Assembly: GCA_963799485.1 (NCBI GenBank) | Contig: CAWCXJ010000006.1 | Coordinates: forward strand, 672,001 to 736,000 | Origin: an uncultured Trueperaceae bacterium | GTDB taxonomy: Bacteria; Deinococcota; Deinococci; Deinococcales; Trueperaceae | DNA length: 64,000 bases | Direction of reading: 5' to 3' | Shown: positions 20,653 through 30,697 of the stretch, in pieces | Layout: the number at the start of each line of letters is the position of its first letter | Numbering within the stretch: position 1 is the stretch's first letter | Position numbers and translations under genes: made by a program | Notes under the pieces: generated by a model | Told to the model about the DNA's origin: nothing | Database searches by the model: none | What the model saw: the letters and a program-made list of their open reading frames with translations, nothing else

Positions 20653-21236
20653 AAGCGTTCCCCAATCCGGCTTCACAAAACGGCAGGTACGAACCTACGC
20701 CGGTGAAGCGATTTTAGTTTGGGAGAGTATAACGCCGCTGAAACCGTATAGATTGCGTTACACGTAGCTAACGCAACCGGCGGCACTTTGATTGGTAGAC
20801 AAAAAATGCGCCCTTTCAGGCGCTTACAAAAGCCAGCCTACACCCGTATACGGTATTCGTCAAGAGTATGCGCTGAGACCCGGACAAAAGTCTGTATAGT
20901 CTCAGATGGAACAGAAAAGAGCGGTTTCAGCGTCAGCCCTAGCAGAGTTTACGCGCCCTTATAAAACGCTTCTCAAAGACCGCCGTTTGCACGAAGGGTT
21001 TGATTTTCTGTAGGGCCGGCCCCGTCTTTATAAAAGTGTAGCGGTGCGTCCATGTATGTACCTGTGCGTCGGTTTCGTTAAAACGCTTACGTTCGAGCTT
21101 TTGCGCTCGTCGGTACTGCCGACACGGTGACGTTCGGTTGGCGGCGGACCAGGCTACCCGACCGTCTCGGGCTGAATGGGGGGATAGGTGATCGCGAGCT
21201 ACACTGTTTTACTCATCCGAGTTTCGCTCATTTGGC

Positions 21237-22046
21237 TTAGCCGAACGCGGTCTGCACTGCGCCGCCGTCGACCCGGTAGTTCGAGCCGTCGACGTACATC
21301 GCCAGGTCGGAGCACAAGAAGGCAATTACGTTGGCGACCTCTTGCGGATTGCCGCGCCGTTTGAGGGTGATACCGGGACGCTCTTCAGCCAAAAAGCTCT
21401 CGACGGCTTCGTCGATGCTTACGTCCATCTTTTCTGCCCGCTGCTCCATCATCGCGTTCGTCATCGGCGTTTCGACGTAGGCAGGTGAAACGACGTTTAC
21501 GTGTACCCCGTCTGGGCCATAAGCTTTGGAAAGTCCTTTGGTCAGGTTGATGACGCCCGCTTTGGCGGCGTTGTAAGGCGTTTCTTCAGCGTAAGGCTGA
21601 ATGGCATTTTCAGACGCGATGAGGACGATGCGACCGTAGCTGCGTACGCGCATTCCCGGAATAAACGCGCGGCAAACACGTACTGCCCCCATTAGGTCGG
21701 TGTTTAAGGTCTCGAGCCAGCCGTCGTCGCTCAGCTCTAAAAAGTCGCCTGCTGCACCTCGTGTCCCGGCAATATGTGCCAAAACCGCTGCGCCACCTTG
21801 CTCGTCGGCAGCTTTGAGAAGTCTGTCGACATCAGCCAGCTTGGTCAGATCGGCCACGACCGCGTAAACTTCAGCGCCGGGTGCGTGCACTTCGACCTGC
21901 GCCTTGGCTTTCTCCAGAGGTTCTTTTTTCATATCGCTGAGGAGTACCTTCGCACCTTCAGCGGCGAGCGTCATGGCGGTGTGCAGGCCGATACCTGAGT
22001 CTGCGCCGGTGACAACGGCGAGGCGTCCGTTAAAAGCTAAGTCCAT
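21237..22046 (-). CDS. SDR-family oxidoreductase
   Basis: TGADSGIG, YNAAKAG, VSPAYVETPM, YRVDGG. Confidence 0.92.
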   Translation of the reverse strand: MDLAFNGRLAVVTGADSGIGLHTAMTLAAEGAKVLLSDMKKEPLEKAKAQVEVHAPGAEVYAVVADLTKLADVDRLLKAADEQGGAAVLAHIAGTRGAAGDFLELSDDGWLETLNTDLMGAVRVCRAFIPGMRVRSYGRIVLIASENAIQPYAEETPYNAAKAGVINLTKGLSKAYGPDGVHVNVVSPAYVETPMTNAMMEQRAEKMDVSIDEAVESFLAEERPGITLKRRGNPQEVANVIAFLCSDLAMYVDGSNYRVDGGAVQTAFG

Positions 22047-22145
22047 AAAAGAAATTTACCGAAACAGCGGCGCAGAAACTACGCGCTGCACTATAATCGC
22101 TTTATAACAAGGGCAATTCTCGCGCTGTTTTCTGTTTGTTTGGGC

Positions 22146-22175
22146 AAAAAGGACACGGCTACAAAACCGTGTCCT
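22146..22175 (-). terminator. Intrinsic terminator of the beta-helix lipoprotein gene
   Basis: AGGACACGG/CCGTGTCCT stem followed by a T run on the minus strand. Confidence 0.75.
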
Positions 22176-22194
22176 GAGGTGTGTGGACGGGGAC

Positions 22195-23190
22195 TTAGCG
22201 GTACCTGGAGAACTGCGAGTTGCGGCTGAACCAGGCGTTACGTGCTTTTATCCAGACATTTTTGTCCGTCGTAACATCGAAGCAAGCGGGGCTGGCCTTT
22301 TTGAGCTGCTCGAGGTAGCTCTTGTTGCCCCCGGTGTAGACGATGGTGTTTTTGTTACCCTTACAAGCGCCTTCGTTAAGCGGTCGGCTGTAGACCTGCG
22401 GGTGATCGCCGGGATCCATATACCCTGCGCTCTTCGGCAGCAAGAAGACGTTATTTTTGAGCGTAAGCTTGCAACCGGGGTCTTTGGTGCGAAACGTCCA
22501 CTTGAACATGTAGGCGCTGCGTTTTGCGTCCATAGCGATCAAGCTGTTGTCGATCGTAAAAGAGTTGCTTTTAAGCGCATTGCTACCCTCTTTACGGCAC
22601 GAGAAGCCCATAAAAGCCCCATCGACCAAGACGTCGGTAACACGGCCGCTGTTGCCCCGGTCGTTCTCGACGGCGTCGTCCCCGGCGTGTTTGATGTACG
22701 AACTGCGAAGGGTCCAGTTGGGCGTATTGTTCTTAAACGAGACGCCGTCGCCGGCGTTGACAACGGCGATGTTTTCGACTGTGATGTTCGGTGTGTCGGT
22801 GAAATAAATGCCGTTTTGACCGTGATAGGCAGACCACGCCGCGCTAAGGCTAAGGCCTACGTCGTAGACGCCGCCCGAAAGGCACAAAGAACCTTTGTTA
22901 CGCGCCCCGATAAACGAGAATTTACCTGCTCGCGCCATCAACTTGGCGTTGCTGGCGTCGATTTTGGGATTGCTCTGATTTCTAGCGAGCACCGTCTGGT
23001 TGTACGTCCCGCTTAGCTTCGTGACCTTGCCACCGCTAAGACAACCTGCAGCTTGGGTTGCGAGTTCGGGTACGGGCGTTTTGAGGACGCTGCTACACGC
23101 GCCCAAGAATAGAAGTATGCCTAGAAACGAAATAGACGTGCCGCGGGTGAACAGGCGTTTCTTACCCTTAGCGTTTACGGTAGTGTTCAA
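22195..23190 (-). CDS. Secreted lipoprotein with a probable right-handed beta-helix (pectin-lyase-like) domain
   Basis: TTG start with GAGAGGA RBS; lipobox LLFLGAC; periodic motifs NITVENIAVVNAGDGVSF, IKHAGDDAVEND, FTIDNSLI. Confidence 0.65.
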   Translation of the reverse strand: MNTTVNAKGKKRLFTRGTSISFLGILLFLGACSSVLKTPVPELATQAAGCLSGGKVTKLSGTYNQTVLARNQSNPKIDASNAKLMARAGKFSFIGARNKGSLCLSGGVYDVGLSLSAAWSAYHGQNGIYFTDTPNITVENIAVVNAGDGVSFKNNTPNWTLRSSYIKHAGDDAVENDRGNSGRVTDVLVDGAFMGFSCRKEGSNALKSNSFTIDNSLIAMDAKRSAYMFKWTFRTKDPGCKLTLKNNVFLLPKSAGYMDPGDHPQVYSRPLNEGACKGNKNTIVYTGGNKSYLEQLKKASPACFDVTTDKNVWIKARNAWFSRNSQFSRYR

Positions 23191-23732
23191 TGTGAGTCCT
23201 CTCTGCTGGTGGTTGCCAAACGGACACGGCACCAGGGACTTGGGGAGACACAAATATAGCTGCAGTCAGCTTTGCAACCCCGGTGGTTGTGCGCGTCTCC
23301 TGACGTAATGACTAGTTTTTCTTGCTGTGTTTGAGGGGAGGCCATCCGCTCAACGAAGCTAAAGGTATCCCGGACGTTTATTAAAGTTATTAAGCATTTA
23401 TGAGAAAAAAATGATAACAAGACCAACAAAGCTTCACAGGCAAGAGAAAACTTTGACTTTTTACCCCGCCAATCCCCTCTCATAATGCTATATAAAAAGC
23501 TGAAAATGTCCACTTTTTCACACCCGATTTTCTCGTCCAAGGTCAAAAAGTGTATCCGGCGGCAGCAAATCTGAACCTTACGACTTACGTTTCCGGTCAC
23601 TCACAGCCAAACTCTTTCTAGTAACACTCCGACCACTCCCATCAGTCCACTTCCACCAGTGCGGATTGAGTACTGACGCCCTAGGCCCTTACCCGGGTCT
23701 GCTAAAGTTGACGAATAGAAAAGGAGCAAGTT

Positions 23733-24719
23733 ATGGCTACGATTCGCTGGGGCATTCTGGGAACAGGCAATATCGCGCAGCAGTTTGCCAGGGGGCTCGC
23801 CGAAATCCCGGACGCACACCTCGTCGGCGTCGGCTCGCGAAACTTGGAGACCGCGCAGGCTTTTGCGGCGACTTTCGGGGCCACGCGCGCACACAGCAGC
23901 TACAAAGCGCTCGCTGAAGACGCCGAAGTCGAGGTCGTTTATGTCGCAACGCCGCACACGCTACACGCTGAAAACAGTTTGCTCTGTCTAGCGGCCGGCA
24001 AAGCGGTACTCTGCGAAAAGCCCTTTGCCCTTAACGCAAGTCAGGCGCAAACAGTGATAGACACTGCCAGAGCCAAAAAACTCTTTTTGATGGAGGCGAT
24101 GTGGACGCGCTTTTTTCCGCTCTTTAAGACGTTACGCGACCTCGTTCAAGAAGGGCGTATCGGCGAACTCAAACTTTTGCACGCCGACTTTGGTTTCGCA
24201 AGCCCGGTTACGCAAAACCGGCTGTTCGAGCTGAATTTGGGCGGCGGCGCACTGCTCGATTTGGGCGTCTATCCGGTGTCGCTAGCGTCGTACCTCTTGG
24301 GAACGCCGACGGAGGTCTCGAGCCACGCCTACCTGGGCGCGACCGGGGTCGATGAGCAAAACGCCATCGTCTTAAAACACCAAAACGGCGCACTGGCGCT
24401 GCTCAGCACCACCATTCGAGCAGCCACACCGCAAAAGGCCGTCGTGATGGGTACCGAAGGAAGTATCCGGGTCTGCGCGCCGTGGTGGCAACCCGAAAAA
24501 CTGGTTTTGACCGGTGCAAAAGGGGAAGAAACGTTTAGCTCACCACTGCCGCATAACGGCTACGCTTATGAAGCTGCCGAGGTGATGCGCTGTTTAAGGG
24601 AAGGGCAGCTCGAGAGTCCCGTCATGCCGCTAGACGAGACGCTCAGCATTATGAAGACGCTCGACACCTGCCGCGCCCAGTGGGGTCTCGAATACCCCGG
24701 TGAAACCCGCCCCGGTTAG
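23733..24719 (+). CDS. Gfo/Idh/MocA-family oxidoreductase
   Basis: WGILGTGNIA, YVATPH, CEKP, MEAMWTRF, GGGALLDLGVY. Confidence 0.92.
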   Translation: MATIRWGILGTGNIAQQFARGLAEIPDAHLVGVGSRNLETAQAFAATFGATRAHSSYKALAEDAEVEVVYVATPHTLHAENSLLCLAAGKAVLCEKPFALNASQAQTVIDTARAKKLFLMEAMWTRFFPLFKTLRDLVQEGRIGELKLLHADFGFASPVTQNRLFELNLGGGALLDLGVYPVSLASYLLGTPTEVSSHAYLGATGVDEQNAIVLKHQNGALALLSTTIRAATPQKAVVMGTEGSIRVCAPWWQPEKLVLTGAKGEETFSSPLPHNGYAYEAAEVMRCLREGQLESPVMPLDETLSIMKTLDTCRAQWGLEYPGETRPG

Positions 24720-24722
24720 TGG

Positions 24723-25022
24723 CTACTGCCCCGTCGGAGCCGTGGCGGCGTCCCCGACGACCGTCGTCCAGGGTCTGACCCGCCACGCCCGGACGAGGCC
24801 CGCGCGGACATACGGGTCGGCCTCGGCAAACCGCTCGGCGACCTCCGGCGTCTCGCCTTGAAAGAGCAAAACAGCCTCGTCTACGGGGTCGGTCAGCGCG
24901 CCCGCAAGGAGCAGTTCGCCTCTGTTTTGCGCCGCCCAAGCCAGGCGGAGGTGTTCGGCGCGAAACTCGGCGCGGCGCTCGAGATAGTCCGGGGCCAAAC
25001 TGTAAAAAAGAAGGTAATGCAC
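24723..25022 (-). CDS. YciI-family protein
   Basis: RAEHL, LLAGAL, FAEADPYVRAGLVRAWRVRPW. Confidence 0.88.
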   Translation of the reverse strand: MHYLLFYSLAPDYLERRAEFRAEHLRLAWAAQNRGELLLAGALTDPVDEAVLLFQGETPEVAERFAEADPYVRAGLVRAWRVRPWTTVVGDAATAPTGQ

Positions 25023-25025
25023 CGC

Positions 25026-26039
25026 CTACACCACCGCCGGAACAAGCGTCGGTTTACGAAAGGTGATGTTCTCCCACTCGCCCTCTTCGACGACCGCTAA
25101 AGCACTGTTTTGCGACTTGAAGTGCGCCACGACCTCTTGCACCAGATCGTCCGGCGTCGAGGCTGCTGAAGTCACCCCGACCGAACGCACACCCTCAAAC
25201 CACTCAGGGCGCACGTCGGCGGCGCTCTCGATACGTCTGGCGTTGCCGGTCAGGTCTTGCGCGAGTTCCAACAGGCGCATGCCGTTCGAGGAATAGTCGC
25301 TGGTAACGACTAAAAACATCTCAACGTTGGGAGCGATTGTGCGAACCGCGTCCTGACGGTTCTTGGTCGCGTAACAGAGGTCGTCCGACGGTGGGACGAC
25401 GAGCGCGGGAAACCGGGTTTTCAAGATGGCAATGGTTTTGGCGACGTCATCGACTGAAAGCGTCGTCTGGGTCAGCACGACGACCTTTTCGGGGTCGGGT
25501 ACGGTGACGGTCTCCGGGTCGGTCAGTTCGGGGTCGTGTTTACGGTTGCCGACGACGCTGACGACGGTCGTCGCGTTCGGCGCTTCACCCTTGGTGCCGA
25601 TGACCTCTTGGTGAGCGCTCGAGTCCCCGATCAGCAAAATATGAAACCCTTCGCGGGCATACTTTTTGGCTTCGGAGTGGACTTTGGTGACGAGCGGACA
25701 GGTCGCGTCTATCGTAGCGAGCCCTAACGCCTGTGCGCCCTGCCGCACCGCCGGACTTACGCCGTGCGCGGAGAAGACGACTGTTTCAGCGAGCGGTTCG
25801 CCGGCGGCCCGGGCTTTTTCTTTGAGCGGCCCCAACTCGCCGAGTGCCTCGACAAAGTGAACCCCGTGCTCCGCGCCCAAGCGCCCGACCACCGTGTCGT
25901 TATGGACAATCGCGTGATAGACCGCCAGCTTTTCACCCTGCGCGCCGAGGGTTTGCGCCGCCTCTTCAACCGCCTGAATCGCCATCACCACGCCTGCACA
26001 AAAGCCTCGAGGTTTGGCTAGATAGAGCGTTTCAACCAT
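25026..26039 (-). CDS. ispH: 4-hydroxy-3-methylbut-2-enyl diphosphate reductase
   Basis: [50 protein letters not shown]. Confidence 0.96.
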   Translation of the reverse strand: MVETLYLAKPRGFCAGVVMAIQAVEEAAQTLGAQGEKLAVYHAIVHNDTVVGRLGAEHGVHFVEALGELGPLKEKARAAGEPLAETVVFSAHGVSPAVRQGAQALGLATIDATCPLVTKVHSEAKKYAREGFHILLIGDSSAHQEVIGTKGEAPNATTVVSVVGNRKHDPELTDPETVTVPDPEKVVVLTQTTLSVDDVAKTIAILKTRFPALVVPPSDDLCYATKNRQDAVRTIAPNVEMFLVVTSDYSSNGMRLLELAQDLTGNARRIESAADVRPEWFEGVRSVGVTSAASTPDDLVQEVVAHFKSQNSALAVVEEGEWENITFRKPTLVPAVV

Positions 26040-26074
26040 AGCTTTACTATACCGGCCCAGCGCTTGCCCGCGCG

Positions 26075-27190
26075 TCAGCCGGATTTTTGGGCGTCTCGCA
26101 TAGACGCAGCTTCGGCGCGGCGCTCGGCAACTTCGGAGGCGGCGTCCGCCGTCGTCCAGCCCTGCGCGGCGGCGTGTTCGGCGGCGGCGGCGGTGTCTTT
26201 TGTCAGCATCAGCGTGCTACCGTCTTCGGCGAGTTCACGGGCGAGCTTTTGTACGCTCTCACGCCGCACGGCGTCTGCCACGTCGCGGATGTAGATACCC
26301 AAGACACGTCCCGGAAAGTTGTGGACGATCTCGTAGTAGATTTCCGGGTCTTCCTGACCCGAGTCACCGATAAGGATAAAGGGCAGGGTCGGATATGTTT
26401 CTAGAATCTGTCGAATCGCCGTTTGCTTGTGCGAGCCGTGCGAGGTCGGCAGGAGTTCGGTTTCGCTGAGACCCCAGTCGCGGAGTAAAACCGGGCCGAG
26501 CGGAATCTGGTTGAGCGCCATAAACTCGGTCAGCACGTCGTAGAGGTTCCAGGGACTCGAGGACACGTAAAAAAGGGGGTTCTGAGTACCCCTAAGCGCC
26601 TCGTAAAAACCCGCCACACCCTCGAACGGCAAACGGGTGTAGGCGTTGCCGAACAGCACCTGACGCGCGAGGCTGCGGAGGCTCGTCGCGCCGGTCTGCA
26701 GCACCGTGTCGTCGACGTCGCTGATGACGCCGAAGTGTGCGGTTTCCGGCGGGATGAGGACGGACGCCTCGGCGCGAACGGGCGGGCTGCGTTTGGGTTG
26801 GGTCAGCTCGAGGCCCAGCGTCAGCAGGTCGTCATCATCGGGTTCGGCATCAGGAATATCCAGCCACTGGGCGATATGTCCCTCATCGTCTGCTCGCAGC
26901 GACCGGGCAAACCCCGGAACCGCCGCCAGCGTAGCGTTCAGCTCGGCGTGCGCGACCTCACCGCTACGAAAGCGTTTCCACGTCCCCTTGAGGTTGTCCC
27001 ACAACGAGTCTTCAGCCGTCGCCGCCTCGAGCCCGTTGTCTTCTAAAACCCGCCCCAGCAAGAACGCCCGTCCCGGTACGCCGTAACCGAGGTAGCTCTG
27101 CACGAGAAGCGGATCGTCTTCGCCGGTACCTGAGAAAGCCCGGTCGAACTGTGTTTCGGCCTGGTAGATGAGTTTATGCCAACTTGACAT
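26075..27190 (-). CDS. App1-family (DUF2183) phosphatidate-phosphatase-like protein, copy 1
   Basis: [40 protein letters not shown]. Confidence 0.88.
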   Translation of the reverse strand: MSSWHKLIYQAETQFDRAFSGTGEDDPLLVQSYLGYGVPGRAFLLGRVLEDNGLEAATAEDSLWDNLKGTWKRFRSGEVAHAELNATLAAVPGFARSLRADDEGHIAQWLDIPDAEPDDDDLLTLGLELTQPKRSPPVRAEASVLIPPETAHFGVISDVDDTVLQTGATSLRSLARQVLFGNAYTRLPFEGVAGFYEALRGTQNPLFYVSSSPWNLYDVLTEFMALNQIPLGPVLLRDWGLSETELLPTSHGSHKQTAIRQILETYPTLPFILIGDSGQEDPEIYYEIVHNFPGRVLGIYIRDVADAVRRESVQKLARELAEDGSTLMLTKDTAAAAEHAAAQGWTTADAASEVAERRAEAASMRDAQKSG

Positions 27191-28393
27191 TTAGGAGCCT
27201 TTCCGTTTGGAAACAACCGCCGCCGACTCGTCGGGTCTGCCGAACGCGGTATCTAAAAAGGTCGTATCGCGCTCTTTTTCAGCGCGCATCGCTGCGAGGG
27301 CGGCCTCGTCTATCCAGCCCTGCGCCAGGGCGTGCTGCGCCGCCGCCAGCGTGTCATTGGCCAGTACGAGCTGACTGCCCTGTTCCTGAACGCGCTTGCC
27401 GAGCGCCGTAACGACGCCGCGCCGCGCCGCGCCGCTGACGTCGCGGATATAGATGCCCAAAATGCGTCCGGGGTAGCGCGCAACGATTTCGCCGTAGATT
27501 TCCGGGTCTTGCTCGCCCGAGTCGCCGATCAAGATAAAGGGCAACGCCGGGAACGTGTCCAGAATACGCCTTATCTCATGCTGCTTAAATGCGCCGTGTT
27601 CACCGGGAAACAGCTCGCCGGTACCGCCGCGCCACGCACGCAGGTTGAGCGGCCCCAAAGGAATCTGACCGAGCGTAAGAAACTCCAGAAGCAGATCGTA
27701 GAGGTTCCAGGGGCTCGAGGACACGTAAAAGAGCGGGTTCCGGGCGGGGGTGGTGCCCTGCTCGAGCGCCCGGTAAAAGGTCGCTACTCCGCGAAACGGC
27801 AGCCGCGTGTGGGCGTTACCGAAAAGCACGGCCCCCACTACCCGCACCCAGCGCGTCACGTCGGTTTGCACGACGGTATCGTCCATGTCGCTGATCACAC
27901 CGAACTGCGCTTCCTTGTCCGGGACGAGTACCCGCCCGACGGCCCGCGCCGCCTCGACGCCCCGGCGCTGCGGTGCGACCAGGCTGTAGGTAACTTCCGT
28001 CCACCCTGCCGGAGCTGCTTCGGGCAGCTCGAGTTGCGCTTTGAAGTAACCTTGCGCGTCGGCCTCTATTTCCTCTTCGCCCCCCGGATAGCCGACCTTG
28101 AGGCGTGCGTGCGGCACCTTGTCGCTGACAAAACGCTTGTAGGTATCTAAAAAGTTACGCCAGCGGGTCGCGTCGGGCGTCGCTATCTCGAGCCCCTTGT
28201 CTTCGATAACCCGGCCCCGAACAAAAAACCGGGTTGGGGTACCGAAACTCAGGTAAGGAATGATTTCAAAGGGGCGCTTCGAGCGAAACCTTTTGAGTTT
28301 GCGAAAGGTCGTAAAGTCGCGCTCGAGGCTCAGCAAAAAATGAGTCAGCGCTTTTCTGACCCTTTCCACCACTGCCGTTTTGAGCATCGTCAC
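27191..28393 (-). CDS. App1-family (DUF2183) phosphatidate-phosphatase-like protein, copy 2
   Basis: [40 protein letters not shown]. Confidence 0.88.
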   Translation of the reverse strand: MTMLKTAVVERVRKALTHFLLSLERDFTTFRKLKRFRSKRPFEIIPYLSFGTPTRFFVRGRVIEDKGLEIATPDATRWRNFLDTYKRFVSDKVPHARLKVGYPGGEEEIEADAQGYFKAQLELPEAAPAGWTEVTYSLVAPQRRGVEAARAVGRVLVPDKEAQFGVISDMDDTVVQTDVTRWVRVVGAVLFGNAHTRLPFRGVATFYRALEQGTTPARNPLFYVSSSPWNLYDLLLEFLTLGQIPLGPLNLRAWRGGTGELFPGEHGAFKQHEIRRILDTFPALPFILIGDSGEQDPEIYGEIVARYPGRILGIYIRDVSGAARRGVVTALGKRVQEQGSQLVLANDTLAAAQHALAQGWIDEAALAAMRAEKERDTTFLDTAFGRPDESAAVVSKRKGS

Positions 28394-28516
28394 GCTGCCC
28401 CCCGAACAAAAGCTCTCACGAACTTAATATACTCGCTTAGGCAACGGCAAACCTTGCCGAAACCCGCAAAAGGCGGATAGGTTCATACTCCACAGTTTAG
28501 CGCGTGGCGGCCCGGC

Positions 28517-28546
28517 TTGACCACTGGACGCGCGCCGTGATAGGCT
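28517..28546 (+). promoter_or_regulatory. Sigma70-type promoter of tRNA-Ile
   Basis: TTGACC-N18-TAGGCT, 11 nt upstream of the tRNA. Confidence 0.6.
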
Positions 28547-28557
28547 TCTTTGCCTGC

Positions 28558-28634
28558 GGGCGATTAGCTCAGTTGGTTAGAGCGCGTCGCTGATAACGAC
28601 GAGGTCAGTGGTTCAAATCCACTATCGCCCACCA
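28558..28634 (+). tRNA. tRNA-Ile (GAT)
   Basis: Acceptor GGGCGAT/ATCGCCC, D arm, anticodon arm CGTCG-CTGATAA-CGACG, T loop GTTCAAATC, encoded CCA. Confidence 0.97.
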
Positions 28635-28637
28635 AAT

Positions 28638-28663
28638 CCTGCCCCAAGGGGCAGGGTTTTTTT
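28638..28663 (+). terminator. Intrinsic terminator after the tRNA
   Basis: CCTGCCCC-AA-GGGGCAGG followed by a T run. Confidence 0.85.
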
Positions 28664-28839
28664 GTTGTGTACTGAACTGTATTGTGTACTAAACCTGTCC
28701 GGCCCCGGTGACCCCGGTTTGACGTTCAAGCCGGGGCCGGTACACCCCAAGGTATGCGCCTAAGAGAGATCGGGCGTAAACGTGAGTAGAGAAGAGCTTT
28801 GGCATACCAGTGCAAAATGAGCGACTGCCTTGGCCTGTC

Positions 28840-29103
28840 TCAGCTTTCAGCGGGGCGTTTAAGAATAAGCGACGAGCTTGTGAGGTGGATGTCGTGAGTT
28901 TTTTTGCTTTCATCGACCGAGCTCATGTCCATCACGCCGGCAAGCTCCCAGCCCTCAGCGCCCAACCTGCCGAGCAGGTCGATAAGCCGTGTTCCGGGGG
29001 CGACCTGTTCGGGCTCGCCCTTACCTAGAATGATGAGGCGACTGTGCCCCTCTTTAACCGGCCTGGTCGTCATCATGACCTGCAAATAATCCCATTTGTT
29101 CAT
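28840..29103 (-). CDS. Small DUF4177-like protein
   Basis: MNKWDYLQV...LGRLGAEGWELAGV...LILKRP; TACCAT-N6-ATG start. Confidence 0.7.
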   Translation of the reverse strand: MNKWDYLQVMMTTRPVKEGHSRLIILGKGEPEQVAPGTRLIDLLGRLGAEGWELAGVMDMSSVDESKKTHDIHLTSSSLILKRPAES

Positions 29104-29231
29104 ACGCCTATGGTAGCCGAAACCGCCGCCCGGTGCAGGCGGCGTGCTGTGTTGTCTTGACAACGCAGCAAGGTGAGATCACACCGCGAAACAACCCGGT
29201 TGGAACAAAGCTACAAATTAGGGTTACGCGA

Positions 29232-30440
29232 CTAACCGCTAAAAACGGCGCGTTTACCGCCCAGCTCGAGCTGTAGCGTTACTACACGACCGCCCCGCTC
29301 GACCTCGAGTTCAACGGTCTGCCCGACCTGTTTACGGCGCAACACCCCGACCAGCGCGTCGGAAGTGGGCGTCGGTTCGCCGTCGACCGAAACGATCACG
29401 TCGGCGATGATCTGCACCGATTCCCGGCCGAAGACCTGCCGCTGCACGGCGTCGCGCAGACCTGCTTGGGCGGCGGGGCCGTTTGGGGCGACCCGACCAA
29501 CGATAACGCCCGGCAACGGGCCCAGCTCGAGGCCCGTCGGCAGCGCCGGGTCGTAGCTTTCTAGCCCCGGCAAGCCGATAACGAACCCGATAACCGGCAC
29601 GTCGCGCTGCTCACCCGCCCGGAGCGCCGCCAAAACCTCACTGTTTGAAACAACCGGTACCGCGTAGGCCGCGTAACCATCGTCTTCGGGGAGCAGCTCG
29701 CGCAGCGGGAAGAGTCCCGACCGTGGCGCGGAGATAGTACGGCGCGGCATAAAGGCGATATAGCTGACGACGCCGACGGCGCGCCCGGCTTCATCTAAAA
29801 CCGGGCCGCCCGAATCGCCAGGGGCGAGCGCGGCGGTCAGTTCGAACGTTCCGTCGGCAAAACTCGCCTGCACCGCCGCGACGTTCAGGCGGCGCACCTC
29901 ACCCGCGCGCCCCTGCAAGAAGTCGCCGCGACTGTTGCCGATCGCGACGACGCTGCTGCCGACGACAGGGCCCCCCGGTGACACCTCGAGGTAAGGCACG
30001 TCTTCGGCGTCTAAAGCCTTTAGGAGGGCCAGGTCGCGGTACGCGTCGAAGCCGACAAGCTCGAGAGCGTAGCGTTTTCCGCCCGGGCTGAGCGCGCTCA
30101 GCGTCACCTCACCGGGGACGTTCGCGCCTGCGTCGATTACGTGATAGGCCGTCAACACGAGGCCGTCAGGTGAAATAAAAAAACCCGTCCCGACGCCGAG
30201 GGGCGTACCGGAAAAGGTCATCAGGCTCGAGCCGATCTCGATCTGCAAGGTTGCCGGACGCGCCTTTTCAAAAGTGTCTAGCAGCGCCCCGGTAGGCGGC
30301 ACCACCGCCGGTAACTCGGGAGCACGCCGCTGCACAAGGGCCGCTTCAGGCGGCGGGCTCGGATAAAACTCGTAAAAAACAAGGGTTGTGGCGAGCAGGG
30401 AGAGCAGAAGAAGAAACCGGAGCGGCTTAAAACGCGTCAT
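29232..30440 (-). CDS. HtrA/S1C-family serine protease with PDZ domain
   Basis: N-terminal TM, GTGFFI, TAYHV, DLALL, PGDSGGP, C-terminal PDZ (GPAAQAGL..DVIVSVDG). Confidence 0.92.
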   Translation of the reverse strand: MTRFKPLRFLLLLSLLATTLVFYEFYPSPPPEAALVQRRAPELPAVVPPTGALLDTFEKARPATLQIEIGSSLMTFSGTPLGVGTGFFISPDGLVLTAYHVIDAGANVPGEVTLSALSPGGKRYALELVGFDAYRDLALLKALDAEDVPYLEVSPGGPVVGSSVVAIGNSRGDFLQGRAGEVRRLNVAAVQASFADGTFELTAALAPGDSGGPVLDEAGRAVGVVSYIAFMPRRTISAPRSGLFPLRELLPEDDGYAAYAVPVVSNSEVLAALRAGEQRDVPVIGFVIGLPGLESYDPALPTGLELGPLPGVIVGRVAPNGPAAQAGLRDAVQRQVFGRESVQIIADVIVSVDGEPTPTSDALVGVLRRKQVGQTVELEVERGGRVVTLQLELGGKRAVFSG

Positions 30441-30570
30441 TACAGTGCGGCACCTTTCGCGTGGCGGGGCTCTCCACGAACGGTTTTCGGCCGAATCCAA
30501 AAAGCGTGACGCAAGAGCGTTGACTAGTCCAGTTTACGGCGCTGCAGAGCGAGGAACTGTCAGCTACCGG

Positions 30571-30625
30571 GCGCTTGCAGTGTGCTTGTGATGTGCTTAC
30601 CGCGTGCTTACGGTGTGCTCTGCCG
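30571..30625 (-). promoter_or_regulatory. Five phased 11-bp direct repeats upstream of the HtrA-like gene
   Basis: GYGCTY at 30571, 30582, 30593, 30604, 30615. Confidence 0.7.
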
Positions 30626-30697
30626 TCACCATAAGCTTTGCCGAAGCTGCGCCCGAACCTCACACATTAAAACACCCGGAGTAGGTATAGTCGCTCT

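Noticed and set aside
23190..23340. Known riboswitch (for example c-di-GMP-I) in the lipoprotein leader
   Set aside because: Only a GCAAAGC fragment resembles the consensus; the other conserved elements are absent
28558..28840. tRNA-Ile as an integration site
   Set aside because: No integrase and no duplicated tRNA 3' end seen; a normal terminator and ordinary genes follow
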